Counted from the stretch's first letter, positions 46,351 to 55,813 are shown. The stretch: DNA of 64,000 nucleotides from Flavobacteriales bacterium (GCA_020635795.1 JACJZD010000006.1:36073-100072); one strand, 5' to 3'. Notes: generated by a model from the letters alone, not told the origin. Numbers and translations: made by a program.

Positions 46351-46407
46351 AATTTTTATTTTAACACATAGAATTAAACCATGTGGTAGTGTTATACTTT
46401 TCTTTTA

Positions 46408-46437
46408 CCCCCTCCCTTTGGGAGGGTTGGGGTGGGC
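46408..46437 (-). repeat. hairpin/G-tract element copy 5 (sense form on minus strand: GCCCACCCCAACCCTCCC-AAA-GGGAGGG-GG)
   Basis: The plus strand reads CCCCCTCCC TTT GGGAGGGTTGGGGTGGGC. In gene sense it starts 2 nt after the yidD TAA (46440-46442). Confidence 0.85.
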
Positions 46438-46439
46438 TT

Positions 46440-46670
46440 TTATGGAACTGGGTCATGCCCGTGTCCGCCCCATGGATGACAAGACAAAATTCTTTTTAAA
46501 CCTATCCAACCACCTTTAAAAGGACCATATTTGTTTATTGCTTCAATACTGTATTGCGAGCATGTAGGGTCGTATCGGCAATTTTGTCCTAAAATTGGAG
46601 AAATGCTCAATTGATAAAAACGAATCATCAATATAAACAACTTACTCACCACGCTCTTCAAACCTTGCAT
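46440..46670 (-). CDS. yidD: membrane protein insertion efficiency factor YidD
   Basis: Motifs [34 protein letters not shown] and [13 protein letters not shown]. The start is uncertain: 46670 overlaps rnpA by 29 nt, and the alternative ATG is 46628. Confidence 0.88.
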   Translation of the reverse strand: MQGLKSVVSKLFILMIRFYQLSISPILGQNCRYDPTCSQYSIEAINKYGPFKGGWIGLKRILSCHPWGGHGHDPVP

Positions 46671-47040
46671 TTAAACGATTTAAAATTACTTTTATTTTGT
46701 CTTCAATTTCGATGTAACTCAATAATTGTTTCGACCCATAAACAAACATTAAGTTTAACTGCGTATTTGAACTTAACAATGTTTGTTTTAATTCGTGATT
46801 ATGCAAACGGTATGCCTCTCTCATTCTACGCTTAATCAAATTTCTGTCAACGGCAAGTTTTACAAACTTTTTAGGAACACTTACCCCAACACTCAACACC
46901 ACTTTTGATGGCTCCTTTTTTTTTGTATAAACGCCTCGGATGGGTGTTTCGTGAATAGATTTACCCCCACTAAACAATCCGTCGATATCTTTTCGGCTTT
47001 TTAGTTTTTCTATTTTAGGGAAGGTAAATTTTTGCTCCAT
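46642..47040 (-). CDS. rnpA: ribonuclease P protein component
   Basis: Motifs [17 protein letters not shown] and [19 protein letters not shown] 47040 (MEQKFTF) or 47052. Confidence 0.88.
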   Translation of the reverse strand: MEQKFTFPKIEKLKSRKDIDGLFSGGKSIHETPIRGVYTKKKEPSKVVLSVGVSVPKKFVKLAVDRNLIKRRMREAYRLHNHELKQTLLSSNTQLNLMFVYGSKQLLSYIEIEDKIKVILNRLNARFEERGE

Positions 47041-47225
47041 AACTAAATTCAAAGATAGGAATCTATTCGTGGATAAATAAAAAAATGAATTCTCAACTCA
47101 ACTTAAATTTTTTAAAAACTATATTAAAGTAATATTAAATAAGTGAATTAAATAACTATATTTGTATTAAATAAGTGAGTTTAAAGAAATGAAAGAGCAG
47201 TAACAAAGAATTATAGCTAAGTTTT

Positions 47226-48362
47226 ATGAAATATTTAGAAAGAGAAATAGAAAAAGGGTTTGATAAGTTTTTACAACCTAATAAAGTTTTAGTACTGATG
47301 GGAGCGAGAAGGGTTGGTAAAACAGAGTTGTTAAAAAAACAATTGTCAAAAATAAAAGAACCCTACTTGTTATTAAATGGAGAAGATGCTACAACAGTAT
47401 CGGTATTGAGCAATAGAAGTGTAGAGAATTACAAACGATTGTTGGGTGATAAAAAGTTGTTGGTGATAGATGAAGCTCAAACCGTACCAGAGATAGGGAA
47501 GATTTTAAAGTTAATGGTAGATGAAATAAACGGCATTAAGATTATAGCTACAGGTTCATCAGTATTTGATTTGGAGAATGAATTAGGTGAGCCATTAACA
47601 GGTAGAAACATTACTGTTCGTTTGTTTCCATTGTCTCAGATGGAATTTAATAAACAGGAAAACCTTATTGAAACCAAAGGAAGATTAGAAGAACGATTGA
47701 TTTTAGGAAGCTACCCAGAGCTACAGCAATACAGTGGATGGGATGACAAAGTAAAATATCTGGAACGATTAATAAGTTCATATTTGATACGTGATATTTT
47801 AGCATTTGAGAAGTTGAAAAAACCAGACAAAATTATTAGTTTATTGAGGTTAATTGCTTTTCAAATAGGAGGAGAAGTTTCTTTACCAGAATTAGGACAA
47901 AAATTAGGCATTGATAAAAATACGGTAGAACGGTATTTAGATTTATTAGCAAAAGTTTTTGTTATCTATAAAGTAGATGCTTTTAGCATGAACCCAAGAA
48001 AAGAAATATCCAAATCTTCACGTTGGTATTTTTATGATAATGGGATAAGAAACGCCCTAATTGCAAATGTAAATACCTTAGAACTTAGAAACGACCAAGG
48101 GCAATTGTGGGAGAACTACTTGGTGACAGAACGATTAAAATATCAGTCTTACAAAGGGATGTTGGTCAATAACTATTTTTGGAGAAGCTACAGCCAACAA
48201 GAAGTAGATTGGGTTGAAGAACGAGGAGGAAAGATTTATGGTTATGAATTTAAGTGGAATCCAAATAAAGTAAAAGGAGCCCCATCCGCATGGAAAACCC
48301 TGTATCCTGAAGCTGAATTTATAACCATTCATCCAGATAATTATTTAGATTTTATATCTTAA
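47226..48362 (+). CDS. AAA-type ATP-binding protein (AAA_14 N-terminal domain + DUF4143-like C-terminal domain)
   Basis: 378 aa. Walker A GARRVGKTEL and Walker B LLVIDEAQ, then a winged-helix-like middle and a C-terminal PD-(D/E)XK-like EVDWVEE. Confidence 0.75.
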   Translation: MKYLEREIEKGFDKFLQPNKVLVLMGARRVGKTELLKKQLSKIKEPYLLLNGEDATTVSVLSNRSVENYKRLLGDKKLLVIDEAQTVPEIGKILKLMVDEINGIKIIATGSSVFDLENELGEPLTGRNITVRLFPLSQMEFNKQENLIETKGRLEERLILGSYPELQQYSGWDDKVKYLERLISSYLIRDILAFEKLKKPDKIISLLRLIAFQIGGEVSLPELGQKLGIDKNTVERYLDLLAKVFVIYKVDAFSMNPRKEISKSSRWYFYDNGIRNALIANVNTLELRNDQGQLWENYLVTERLKYQSYKGMLVNNYFWRSYSQQEVDWVEERGGKIYGYEFKWNPNKVKGAPSAWKTLYPEAEFITIHPDNYLDFIS

Positions 48363-48591
48363 TAAGATTCAATACTAAATGGGTAATTATAATATGATGT
48401 GTTTTATTTGTGTGTTGTTCTCAAGTACTTGGAAGCATTTGTATTTTCAAAATAAGAATTTTAGAATGTAGAAACTAACGTGAGTTGGATATAACTTTGA
48501 TAAATAATACGCTGATTATAAAATATGAAACAGTAATCTTTTATGGAGTGTTTCAAAAACCTTATTTTAGAGGTCTTTAAAAACAAGACCT

Positions 48592-51426
48592 ATGCCTGAA
48601 AATACCAAAAAACTTTTTTTACTCGATGCATTTGCTTTAATCTACAGGGCTTACTTTGCATTTGGCAACAATCAACGATACAATTCTAAAGGCTTAAACA
48701 CCTCTGCAATGTTGGGTTTTACCAATACCTTAATTGAAGTGTTGGAAAAACAAAAACCATCACACATTGCGGTGGTATTTGATGCTCCAGGTGGAGCCAC
48801 CAATCGTGAGGCAGATTTTGCAGCTTATAAAGCGGGCAGACAAGAAATGCCTGAGGATATTCGTACAGCTATACCTTACATCAAAGCCATTGTCGAGGCA
48901 TTTAAAATTCCAATTTTGTTAAAAGAGGGGTTTGAAGCGGATGATATTATTGGCACGATGGCAAAACATGCCGAAAAAGAAGGGTTTACTACTTACATGA
49001 TGACTCCTGATAAGGATTTTGGGCAGTTGGTGTCAGACAACATTTTTATTTTTAAACCTGCAGCTTTTGGCAAACCAGCCGAAGTAATGGGTGTAAAAGA
49101 AGTTTGCGAAAAATTTGAAGTAGAAAATCCTTTACAGGTTATTGATATTTTAGGCTTGTGGGGTGATGCAGTTGATAATATTCCAGGAATACCTGGTATA
49201 GGCGAAAAAACTGCAAAACTGTTGATACAAAAATACGGCAGTGTTGAGAATTTAATTGCCAATGCCGAAGATTTGAAAGGAAAACAAAAAGAAAACGTCA
49301 TCAATTTTGCTGAGCAAGGCTTGTTATCAAAAAAATTAGCTACCATTATTTTAGATGTTCCTGTTGAATATAGTTTTGACGAACTAATATTGGAAGAACC
49401 CGATGAACAAAAAATAACAGAATTGTTTGCCGAATTGGAATTTAGAAACTTAGCCAAACGAGTGCTGGGTAAGGAAATTCAAATTACTCCAACAGCTCAG
49501 GTTGGTACAACACCCAACAATGGGCAAATGGATTTGTTTAGCCTCCCCCCAGCCCCCTCCGAAGGAGGGGGAGACCAACTCCAAAAAAATAATGAAGAAG
49601 AAGTTGTTGAAGCTGGAAAAAATATTGAAAATGTTTCACACACTTATTTATTAATTGATACCCCTCAAAAAAGAGCCGATTTAATTTCGAAATTGGAAAA
49701 GCAAAAATCGTTTTGTTTTGATACCGAAACTACAGGCTTAAACCCTTTTGAGGCAGAATTGGTGGGGATGTCGTTTTCATACCAACCAACCGAAGGGTAT
49801 TACATCCCTTTTTCTGAAAACCAAGAAGAAGCAACAACTATTTTAAAAGAATTCAAGACAGTTTTTGAAAATACGGCCATTGAAAAAATAGGGCAAAACA
49901 TCAAATACGATATTAATGTGTTACACAAATATGGCGTTCGAATAAAAGGAAAGTTGTTTGATACCATGATAGCTCACTTTTTGCTAGAGCCAGACATGCG
50001 ACACAACATGGATTTACTTTCCGAGGCTTATTTAGGCTACAAACCTGTTTCTATCGAAACTTTGATTGGTAAAAAAGGAAAAAATCAATTGAGCATGCGT
50101 GATGTTGAGGTTGATAAAATTGTTGAGTACGCTTGTGAAGATGCTGATATCACCCTTCAATTAAAAAACTACTTTGAGCCCCAATTTACTCCCGAAATAA
50201 AAGAGGTGTTTGAAAAAGTTGAAGCACCTCTAATTACGGTATTGGCAGCGATGGAAAACGAAGGTATTAAGCTGGATGTTGCAGCACTAAAAACGTTTTC
50301 TGCCGAGCTGGAAATTTTAGGAACTAACCTGGAAAAAGATATTTTACAATTGGCAGGAACTACATTTAACATTGATTCCCCGAAACAGTTGGGAGAGGTG
50401 TTGTTTGAGTACATGAAAATTATTGAAAAACCTAAAAAAACCAAAACCGGACAATATGCTACCAACGAAGATGAACTTTCGAAACTGTTAGGGAAACACG
50501 ACATTATCCCTAAAATATTGGAATACCGTTCGGTAAAAAAATTAAAATCGACTTATGTTGATGCTTTACCAGAATTGGTAAGCCCAACAACAGGAAGAAT
50601 ACATACTAGCTATATGCAAACAGTTGCATCAACTGGTAGATTGAGTTCGAACAATCCCAACTTACAAAACATTCCTATAAGAACCGAAATGGGGCGAGAA
50701 ATTAGAAAATCGTTTATTGCTAAAAACGACGATTATTTGTTGTTAGCTGCCGATTATTCTCAAATTGAATTACGAATTATTGCTGCCTTGAGTAACGATG
50801 AAAACATGCAGCAGGCTTTTGTAAACAAAGAAGATATACATGCGGCTACAGCTGCAAAAGTGTTTGGTGTTGCTTTAGCTGATGTAGATAGAGAAATGAG
50901 AAGCAAAGCCAAAGCGGTTAATTTTGGAATTATTTACGGACAATCGTCGTTTGGATTGGCACAAAACTTAAACATTTCTAGAGGCGAGGCAAAAGAAATT
51001 ATCGATACCTATTTCGCCCAATATCCCAAAATAAAACAATACATGGATGGCAATATTGATTTTGCCAAGGAGCACGGTTATGTAGAAACCATTTTACACC
51101 GTAGAAGGTATTTAAAAGACATCAACTCGAGCAACGCCATCGTTCGTGGTCATGCCGAAAGAAATGCTATTAACGCACCAATACAAGGGTCGGCAGCAGA
51201 TGTGATAAAAATTGCCATGATTAACATTTTTAACGAATTTGAAAAACAACAGTTCAAATCAAAAATGTTGTTGCAGGTGCACGATGAGTTGGTTTTTGAG
51301 GTGTATAAACCCGAACTAGAAATACTAAAACCAATTATTAGAGATAAAATGGAGCACGCTGTTAAGTTAAGCGTTCCGCTAGAAGTAGAAATGAACGCAG
51401 CAAAAAATTGGTTAGAAGCACATTAA
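48592..51426 (+). CDS. polA: DNA polymerase I
   Basis: 944 aa with 5'-3' exonuclease (LLDAFALIYRAYFA, GIPGIGEKTA), 3'-5' exonuclease (FCFDTETTGL) and polymerase (DYSQIELRI, QVHDELVFE) domains. A repeat-derived insert lies in the linker. Confidence 0.95.
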   Translation: MPENTKKLFLLDAFALIYRAYFAFGNNQRYNSKGLNTSAMLGFTNTLIEVLEKQKPSHIAVVFDAPGGATNREADFAAYKAGRQEMPEDIRTAIPYIKAIVEAFKIPILLKEGFEADDIIGTMAKHAEKEGFTTYMMTPDKDFGQLVSDNIFIFKPAAFGKPAEVMGVKEVCEKFEVENPLQVIDILGLWGDAVDNIPGIPGIGEKTAKLLIQKYGSVENLIANAEDLKGKQKENVINFAEQGLLSKKLATIILDVPVEYSFDELILEEPDEQKITELFAELEFRNLAKRVLGKEIQITPTAQVGTTPNNGQMDLFSLPPAPSEGGGDQLQKNNEEEVVEAGKNIENVSHTYLLIDTPQKRADLISKLEKQKSFCFDTETTGLNPFEAELVGMSFSYQPTEGYYIPFSENQEEATTILKEFKTVFENTAIEKIGQNIKYDINVLHKYGVRIKGKLFDTMIAHFLLEPDMRHNMDLLSEAYLGYKPVSIETLIGKKGKNQLSMRDVEVDKIVEYACEDADITLQLKNYFEPQFTPEIKEVFEKVEAPLITVLAAMENEGIKLDVAALKTFSAELEILGTNLEKDILQLAGTTFNIDSPKQLGEVLFEYMKIIEKPKKTKTGQYATNEDELSKLLGKHDIIPKILEYRSVKKLKSTYVDALPELVSPTTGRIHTSYMQTVASTGRLSSNNPNLQNIPIRTEMGREIRKSFIAKNDDYLLLAADYSQIELRIIAALSNDENMQQAFVNKEDIHAATAAKVFGVALADVDREMRSKAKAVNFGIIYGQSSFGLAQNLNISRGEAKEIIDTYFAQYPKIKQYMDGNIDFAKEHGYVETILHRRRYLKDINSSNAIVRGHAERNAINAPIQGSAADVIKIAMINIFNEFEKQQFKSKMLLQVHDELVFEVYKPELEILKPIIRDKMEHAVKLSVPLEVEMNAAKNWLEAH
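49541..49573 (+). repeat. hairpin/G-tract element copy 6, in-frame inside polA (GCCTCCCCCCAGCCCCCTCC-GAA-GGAGGGGG-AG)
   Basis: Encodes SLPPAPSEGGGD in the linker between the 5'-3' exonuclease and 3'-5' exonuclease domains. It has the same orientation and reading frame as copy 3. Confidence 0.75.
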
Positions 51427-51462
51427 TTTTATATATTTGAACAAGTTAAAAAAATTGTAAAA

Positions 51463-52335
51463 ATGAAATATTTACCATTATTTATCATCTCTTTTGCTTT
51501 GTTTGCTTGTGGCGGAGCTGCAACAGAAGATGACGACAGTACAACAACAGAGGTTGATTCTGACGCGACCAACGAAAGAATTGACAAGGCTAAAAAAATA
51601 TTCTACACCATTCCGTCGCCATTCGAAACGGCTTTAATTTTTGAAAGCTCAGGGGTAAGCTACAACATTGGGTTATTAAACCCAATCGATAATGTTAGCA
51701 ATTACTCTACAAGTGTAAAACAAGCGTTGAATTTTGGGGTGTACGGTGCAGATTTAAGTTATGCCAACATTTTCGACCAATCGCAACAATGTATGTTTTA
51801 CATGAATAGCGCTAAAAAATTAGCCGACCAATTGGGTGTTACTGCTGCTTTTGATGTAGAAACCATTGAGCGTATTGAACGAAATTTAAACAATAGAGAT
51901 TCGTTAATGAACATTATCAACGATTCTTACTGGATAGCAGATTCGCACTTAAAAGAAAACCAACAAGATTATTTATCGGCAATGATTATTGCTGGTGGCT
52001 GGATTGAAGGCTTGTATTTAGGCTCTGCTACTTTGCGAAAAGACAAACCAAGTGAAGCAATTATGAAAACCATTGCTGACCAAAAATATTCGATGAATAA
52101 TTTAATTGGATTAATGGATTTATATAGTCATGAAGAGGTAACTAAGCTAAAAACAAAACTGATGACGCTAAAATCTTCTTTTGATAAAATAACCGAAAAA
52201 ACTACTGCAACTACGGTTAATAATGATGCAGATGTCGCAGAAATTGGTGGTGGTTCAACACTTGAATATACACCTGAAACCATCATGGAAATAGCTAATA
52301 ATGTTAAAACGATAAGAAATGAAATCATTGAATAA
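51463..52335 (+). CDS. hypothetical lipoprotein
   Basis: 290 aa. Lipobox FALFACGG, then an acidic linker and a helical domain. No family recognised. Confidence 0.5.
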   Translation: MKYLPLFIISFALFACGGAATEDDDSTTTEVDSDATNERIDKAKKIFYTIPSPFETALIFESSGVSYNIGLLNPIDNVSNYSTSVKQALNFGVYGADLSYANIFDQSQQCMFYMNSAKKLADQLGVTAAFDVETIERIERNLNNRDSLMNIINDSYWIADSHLKENQQDYLSAMIIAGGWIEGLYLGSATLRKDKPSEAIMKTIADQKYSMNNLIGLMDLYSHEEVTKLKTKLMTLKSSFDKITEKTTATTVNNDADVAEIGGGSTLEYTPETIMEIANNVKTIRNEIIE

Positions 52336-52801
52336 AACGTTTATTTATAGTGCATTAGTTTTCATTTGTATTGGATTAACCAATCAGGCATTTAGCCAAT
52401 GTACTTCATTTACAAAAAAACAGGGTTTTCCAGCACTTGCTCCTTTTATACACAACGGACAAATTACCAGTACCAAGTTTATGCCTGGCGATGAGGCTGA
52501 TATTGAAATGACTTTTAACGCAGGGAGTGATTATAGAGTTTTGGTTGTTTTTCAGGAAGTGTTGGGAGATGTTATTTTTAAAGTAAAAGACAAAACAGGT
52601 AAAGTATTATACACTAGTAAAGCGGGAGATGCAACACCTTTTTGGGATTTTAGAGTAAACACTACACAACAATTAATGGTTTCAGTTGCTGTTCCTAAAA
52701 TGGACGAAAAAACCAATAAAATTTTACCCCAAGGTTGTATATCTGTGTTGGTTGGATTTAAACCTCAAGAAAATAATTCGAAAGTTAAAATGATGAAGTA
52801 A
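52319..52801 (+). CDS. hypothetical secreted protein
   Basis: 160 aa with a signal peptide (ALVFICIGLTNQAFSQ). Overlaps the upstream gene by 17 nt. Confidence 0.5.
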   Translation: MKSLNKTFIYSALVFICIGLTNQAFSQCTSFTKKQGFPALAPFIHNGQITSTKFMPGDEADIEMTFNAGSDYRVLVVFQEVLGDVIFKVKDKTGKVLYTSKAGDATPFWDFRVNTTQQLMVSVAVPKMDEKTNKILPQGCISVLVGFKPQENNSKVKMMK

Positions 52802-52831
52802 AATATCTTCTAAAAAAGTTACTTTTGCCGC

Positions 52832-54367
52832 ATGGCAACAAATGAAGATAATCTAAAAAAAATCATATCTCACGCTAAAGAGTATGGATATGTATTTCAA
52901 TCAAGTGAAATTTACGATGGTTTAAGTGCTGTTTACGACTACGGTCAGTTGGGTAGCGAACTTAAAAAAAACATCAAAGAATATTGGTGGAAAGCAATGG
53001 TGCAAATGCACGACAATATTGTGGGTATCGATGCTGCAATATTTATGCATCCTGAAACTTGGAAAGCATCTGGTCATGTTGATGCTTTTAATGATCCGTT
53101 GATTGATAACAAAGACTCCAAAAAAAGATACCGTGCCGATGTTTTAATTGAAGAATACATTGGTAAAATTGAAGCAAAAAACGAAAAAGAAGCAGAAAAA
53201 GCTCAAGCTCGTTTTGGCGATGCCTTTAATCGAGAACAGTTTTTGGCTACCAACCCAAATGTTTTGCGAAACCAAGCAAAAATCGATGAAATAAACGTTC
53301 GATTTAAGGCTTGCATGAACAGTGAAGATTTAGCTGGGGTTAAAAAATTAATTGAAGATTTAGAAATTGCTTGTCCTATCAGCGGTTCAAAAAATTGGAC
53401 TGATGTAAAACAGTTTAACTTGATGTTTAGTACCGAAATAGGTTCGGTTTCCGAAACGGCTAACAAAATATATTTACGACCAGAAACCGCACAAGGTATT
53501 TTTGTAAACTTCTTAAACGTGCAAAAAACTGGGCGAATGAAAATTCCGTTTGGTATTGCCCAAATAGGTAAAGCGTTTAGAAACGAGATTGTTGCTCGTC
53601 AGTTTATATTCCGTATGCGTGAGTTTGAACAAATGGAAATGCAATTTTTTGTGCGGCCTGGCGAAGAAATGAAATGGTACGAATACTGGAAAAACGAACG
53701 TATAAAGTGGCACAAATCGTTGGGTATTGATGAAAAATATTACCGTTTTCACGACCACATTAAATTGGCTCACTATGCCAATGCAGCTTGCGATATTGAA
53801 TTCAATTTTCCAATGGGATTTAAAGAGTTGGAAGGAATACATTCAAGAACCGATTTCGATTTAAAACAGCACGAAAAACATTCAGGAAAAAAATTACAGT
53901 ATTTTGATGCCGAACTAAACGAAAACTATGTGCCTTACGTGGTAGAAACTTCGGTTGGTTTAGACCGAACATTTTTAGCCATTTTATCTTCGGCATTTGA
54001 CGAACAACAATTGGAAGACGGTTCGGATAGGGTGGTGTTAAAACTTCCTGCAATTTTAGCACCGATAAAAGTGGCGGTTTTCCCATTAATTAAAAAAGAT
54101 GGGTTACCTGAAAAAGCCCGTGAAATTATTGACGAATTGAAGTTTGATTACAACTGCCAGTACGACGAGAAAGACTCTGTTGGTAAACGTTACAGACGAC
54201 AAGATGCTATAGGAACGCCTTATTGCATTACAGTTGACCACCAAACCATAGAAGATAATACTGTAACTGTTCGTGATAGAGATACCATGGAGCAACAACG
54301 TATAAATATTACTGAAATAGCCGGCTTACTAAAAGAAAAGTTGGATATTAGAAAGTGGTTGGGATAG
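52832..54367 (+). CDS. glyQS: glycine--tRNA ligase (class II, homodimeric GlyQS type)
   Basis: 511 aa. Motifs YGYVFQSSEIYDG, YLRPETAQGIF, GKAFRNEI and ETSVGLDR, plus an anticodon-binding C-terminus. Confidence 0.93.
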   Translation: MATNEDNLKKIISHAKEYGYVFQSSEIYDGLSAVYDYGQLGSELKKNIKEYWWKAMVQMHDNIVGIDAAIFMHPETWKASGHVDAFNDPLIDNKDSKKRYRADVLIEEYIGKIEAKNEKEAEKAQARFGDAFNREQFLATNPNVLRNQAKIDEINVRFKACMNSEDLAGVKKLIEDLEIACPISGSKNWTDVKQFNLMFSTEIGSVSETANKIYLRPETAQGIFVNFLNVQKTGRMKIPFGIAQIGKAFRNEIVARQFIFRMREFEQMEMQFFVRPGEEMKWYEYWKNERIKWHKSLGIDEKYYRFHDHIKLAHYANAACDIEFNFPMGFKELEGIHSRTDFDLKQHEKHSGKKLQYFDAELNENYVPYVVETSVGLDRTFLAILSSAFDEQQLEDGSDRVVLKLPAILAPIKVAVFPLIKKDGLPEKAREIIDELKFDYNCQYDEKDSVGKRYRRQDAIGTPYCITVDHQTIEDNTVTVRDRDTMEQQRINITEIAGLLKEKLDIRKWLG

Positions 54368-54379
54368 TTTTCCTACGTC

Positions 54380-54407
54380 ATGGCGGGCTTGACCCGTCAT
54401 CTTTTTT
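54380..54407 (+). terminator. intrinsic terminator of glyQS built from a repeat-family hairpin
   Basis: ATGGCGGG-CTTGA-CCCGTCAT (8 bp with one G-U pair), followed by CTTTTTT. It lies 13 nt after the glyQS stop. Confidence 0.7.
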
Positions 54408-54520
54408 GTCACATTGAGCTTGTCGAAATGTTGTCGAAGGGTTTCCAACCATCTTCATGTCATTCTGAGCTTGTCGAAGAATATTTAATTTACAAGATGT
54501 TTCGACAGGCCAACATGACA
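54408..54520. repeat. cluster of short intergenic repeats (gagcttgtcgaa units)
   Basis: cacattgagcttgtcgaaatg, ttgtcgaaggg, gtcattctgagcttgtcgaagaat and gtttcgacaggc are related to the units at 721-755 and 31074-31098. Confidence 0.65.
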
Positions 54521-54526
54521 AAATCA

Positions 54527-55012
54527 TCATATCGTTTTAGCCCCAAGTATTTTACACAACAAACCAATGTGTCCAATGTGCCCACCTTCGTGCCTAATGT
54601 GATGATAAATAATTTGAAGTTTATCAGGTCCTTTTTTAAAATCTAACCCAACATGATTGGGCTGTTTTAGCTCATCGTCTGACAATGATTTTATCACTTC
54701 TAAAGATTGAGCATGAACGCTTTTTAAACTTTCTTTTATTTCATCAATACTTGGGATTTCAGTTGTTGTTGGTTTACCTATACTAAACTTTTCTAACCAA
54801 GAAATATCAGCACTTTGGTTAGCACAGGCTTTTAATATCAAATAATTTTGTGCCCAAGCCATGTGGCACAATTCCCAAGCAACAGAATTTAATTGTTGTC
54901 CATTTACCGTTGGATTTTCGTACCACAACGATTTATCTAATTTCGATAAATAAAAATAAAGTAAATCTCTGGTGTTATCAGTTGCTTCGGCTAATGTTTC
55001 TGAAGTTGTCAT
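54527..55012 (-). CDS. DinB family (four-helix metal-binding) protein
   Basis: 161 aa. His triad context: WELCHMAWAQNY ... IYHHIRHEGGHIGHIGLL. Confidence 0.75.
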   Translation of the reverse strand: MTTSETLAEATDNTRDLLYFYLSKLDKSLWYENPTVNGQQLNSVAWELCHMAWAQNYLILKACANQSADISWLEKFSIGKPTTTEIPSIDEIKESLKSVHAQSLEVIKSLSDDELKQPNHVGLDFKKGPDKLQIIYHHIRHEGGHIGHIGLLCKILGAKTI

Positions 55013-55081
55013 ATCAAATGTTTGTTAAATGTACTTATTTTTCATGCTCAATAAAGAGTAATTTTACAAAAAGCAAACCCC

Positions 55082-55813
55082 ATGTTCGAAAAATACTACC
55101 TGTTTTATATTCTTGCTTTTGTAGCCGAAGTTATTGGGACAGTTAGTGGTTTTGGTTCTTCTATATTGTTTGTGCCAATTGCTTCGCTATTTTTCGATTT
55201 TCGAATTGTGCTGGGTATTACCGCATTGTTTCATGTGTTTAGCAACATCTCTAAAATAGTTTTATTTCGAAAAGGCATAGACAAAAACATTGCGCTGCGA
55301 CTAGGTATTCCTGCTGTAATTTTTGTTGTTATTGGGGCATTTTTAAGCAAAATAATTCCTGTAGTGGAGCTAGAATTAATCATGAGTGTATTATTAATTG
55401 TGCTATCGGTATATTTAATTTTTTTTAGTAACAAAACCTTAAAAACCTCCAATCAAAATTTATATGTTGGAGGAACAGTTTCGGGATTATTGGCAGGTTT
55501 AATAGGTACAGGCGGAGCAATTAGAGGGTTAACCTTAACTGCCTTTAATTTAGAAAAAGACATTTTTATAGCCACTTCTGCCTTAATTGATTTAGGTGTA
55601 GATTCTAGCCGAACGGTAGTTTATTTTCTTAACGGTTATTTAGAAAAAGAATTTTTAATAACCATACCAGTGCTTATTGTTATTAGTTTTATAGGCAGTT
55701 GGGTGGGCAAACTTATTCTGCATAAAGTTCCTCAGCAAATGTTCAGAATTTTTGTTTTGGTGTTAATTGTTCTTACTTCGATTTTCCAAATCGGAAAATT
55801 TTTAGTCAACTAA
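55082..55813 (+). CDS. TauE/SafE family sulfite/anion exporter
   Basis: 243 aa, 7-8 TM helices. Duplicated G-rich helices (VIGTVSGFGSSILFVP and LAGLIGTGGAIRG). Confidence 0.75.
   Translation: MFEKYYLFYILAFVAEVIGTVSGFGSSILFVPIASLFFDFRIVLGITALFHVFSNISKIVLFRKGIDKNIALRLGIPAVIFVVIGAFLSKIIPVVELELIMSVLLIVLSVYLIFFSNKTLKTSNQNLYVGGTVSGLLAGLIGTGGAIRGLTLTAFNLEKDIFIATSALIDLGVDSSRTVVYFLNGYLEKEFLITIPVLIVISFIGSWVGKLILHKVPQQMFRIFVLVLIVLTSIFQIGKFLVN

Noticed and set aside
46316-46519. 67-aa ORF spanning the ctp start, hairpin/G-tract copy 5 and the yidD 3' end.
   Set aside because: It is read across a repeat element and antisense to two supported genes, so there is no coding signal.
48571-48591. 7-bp hairpin AGGTCTT-TAAAAAC-AAGACCT ending immediately before the polA ATG.
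   Set aside because: It could occlude the start region, but a single 7-bp stem in AT-rich DNA is within chance expectation. Nothing else supports regulation.
54380-54646. 88-aa ORF MAGLTRHLFCHIELVEMLSKGF... downstream of glyQS.
   Set aside because: It is translated straight through the intergenic hairpin-repeat cluster and then runs antisense into the DinB-family gene. The peptide is the typical junk reading of these repeats.
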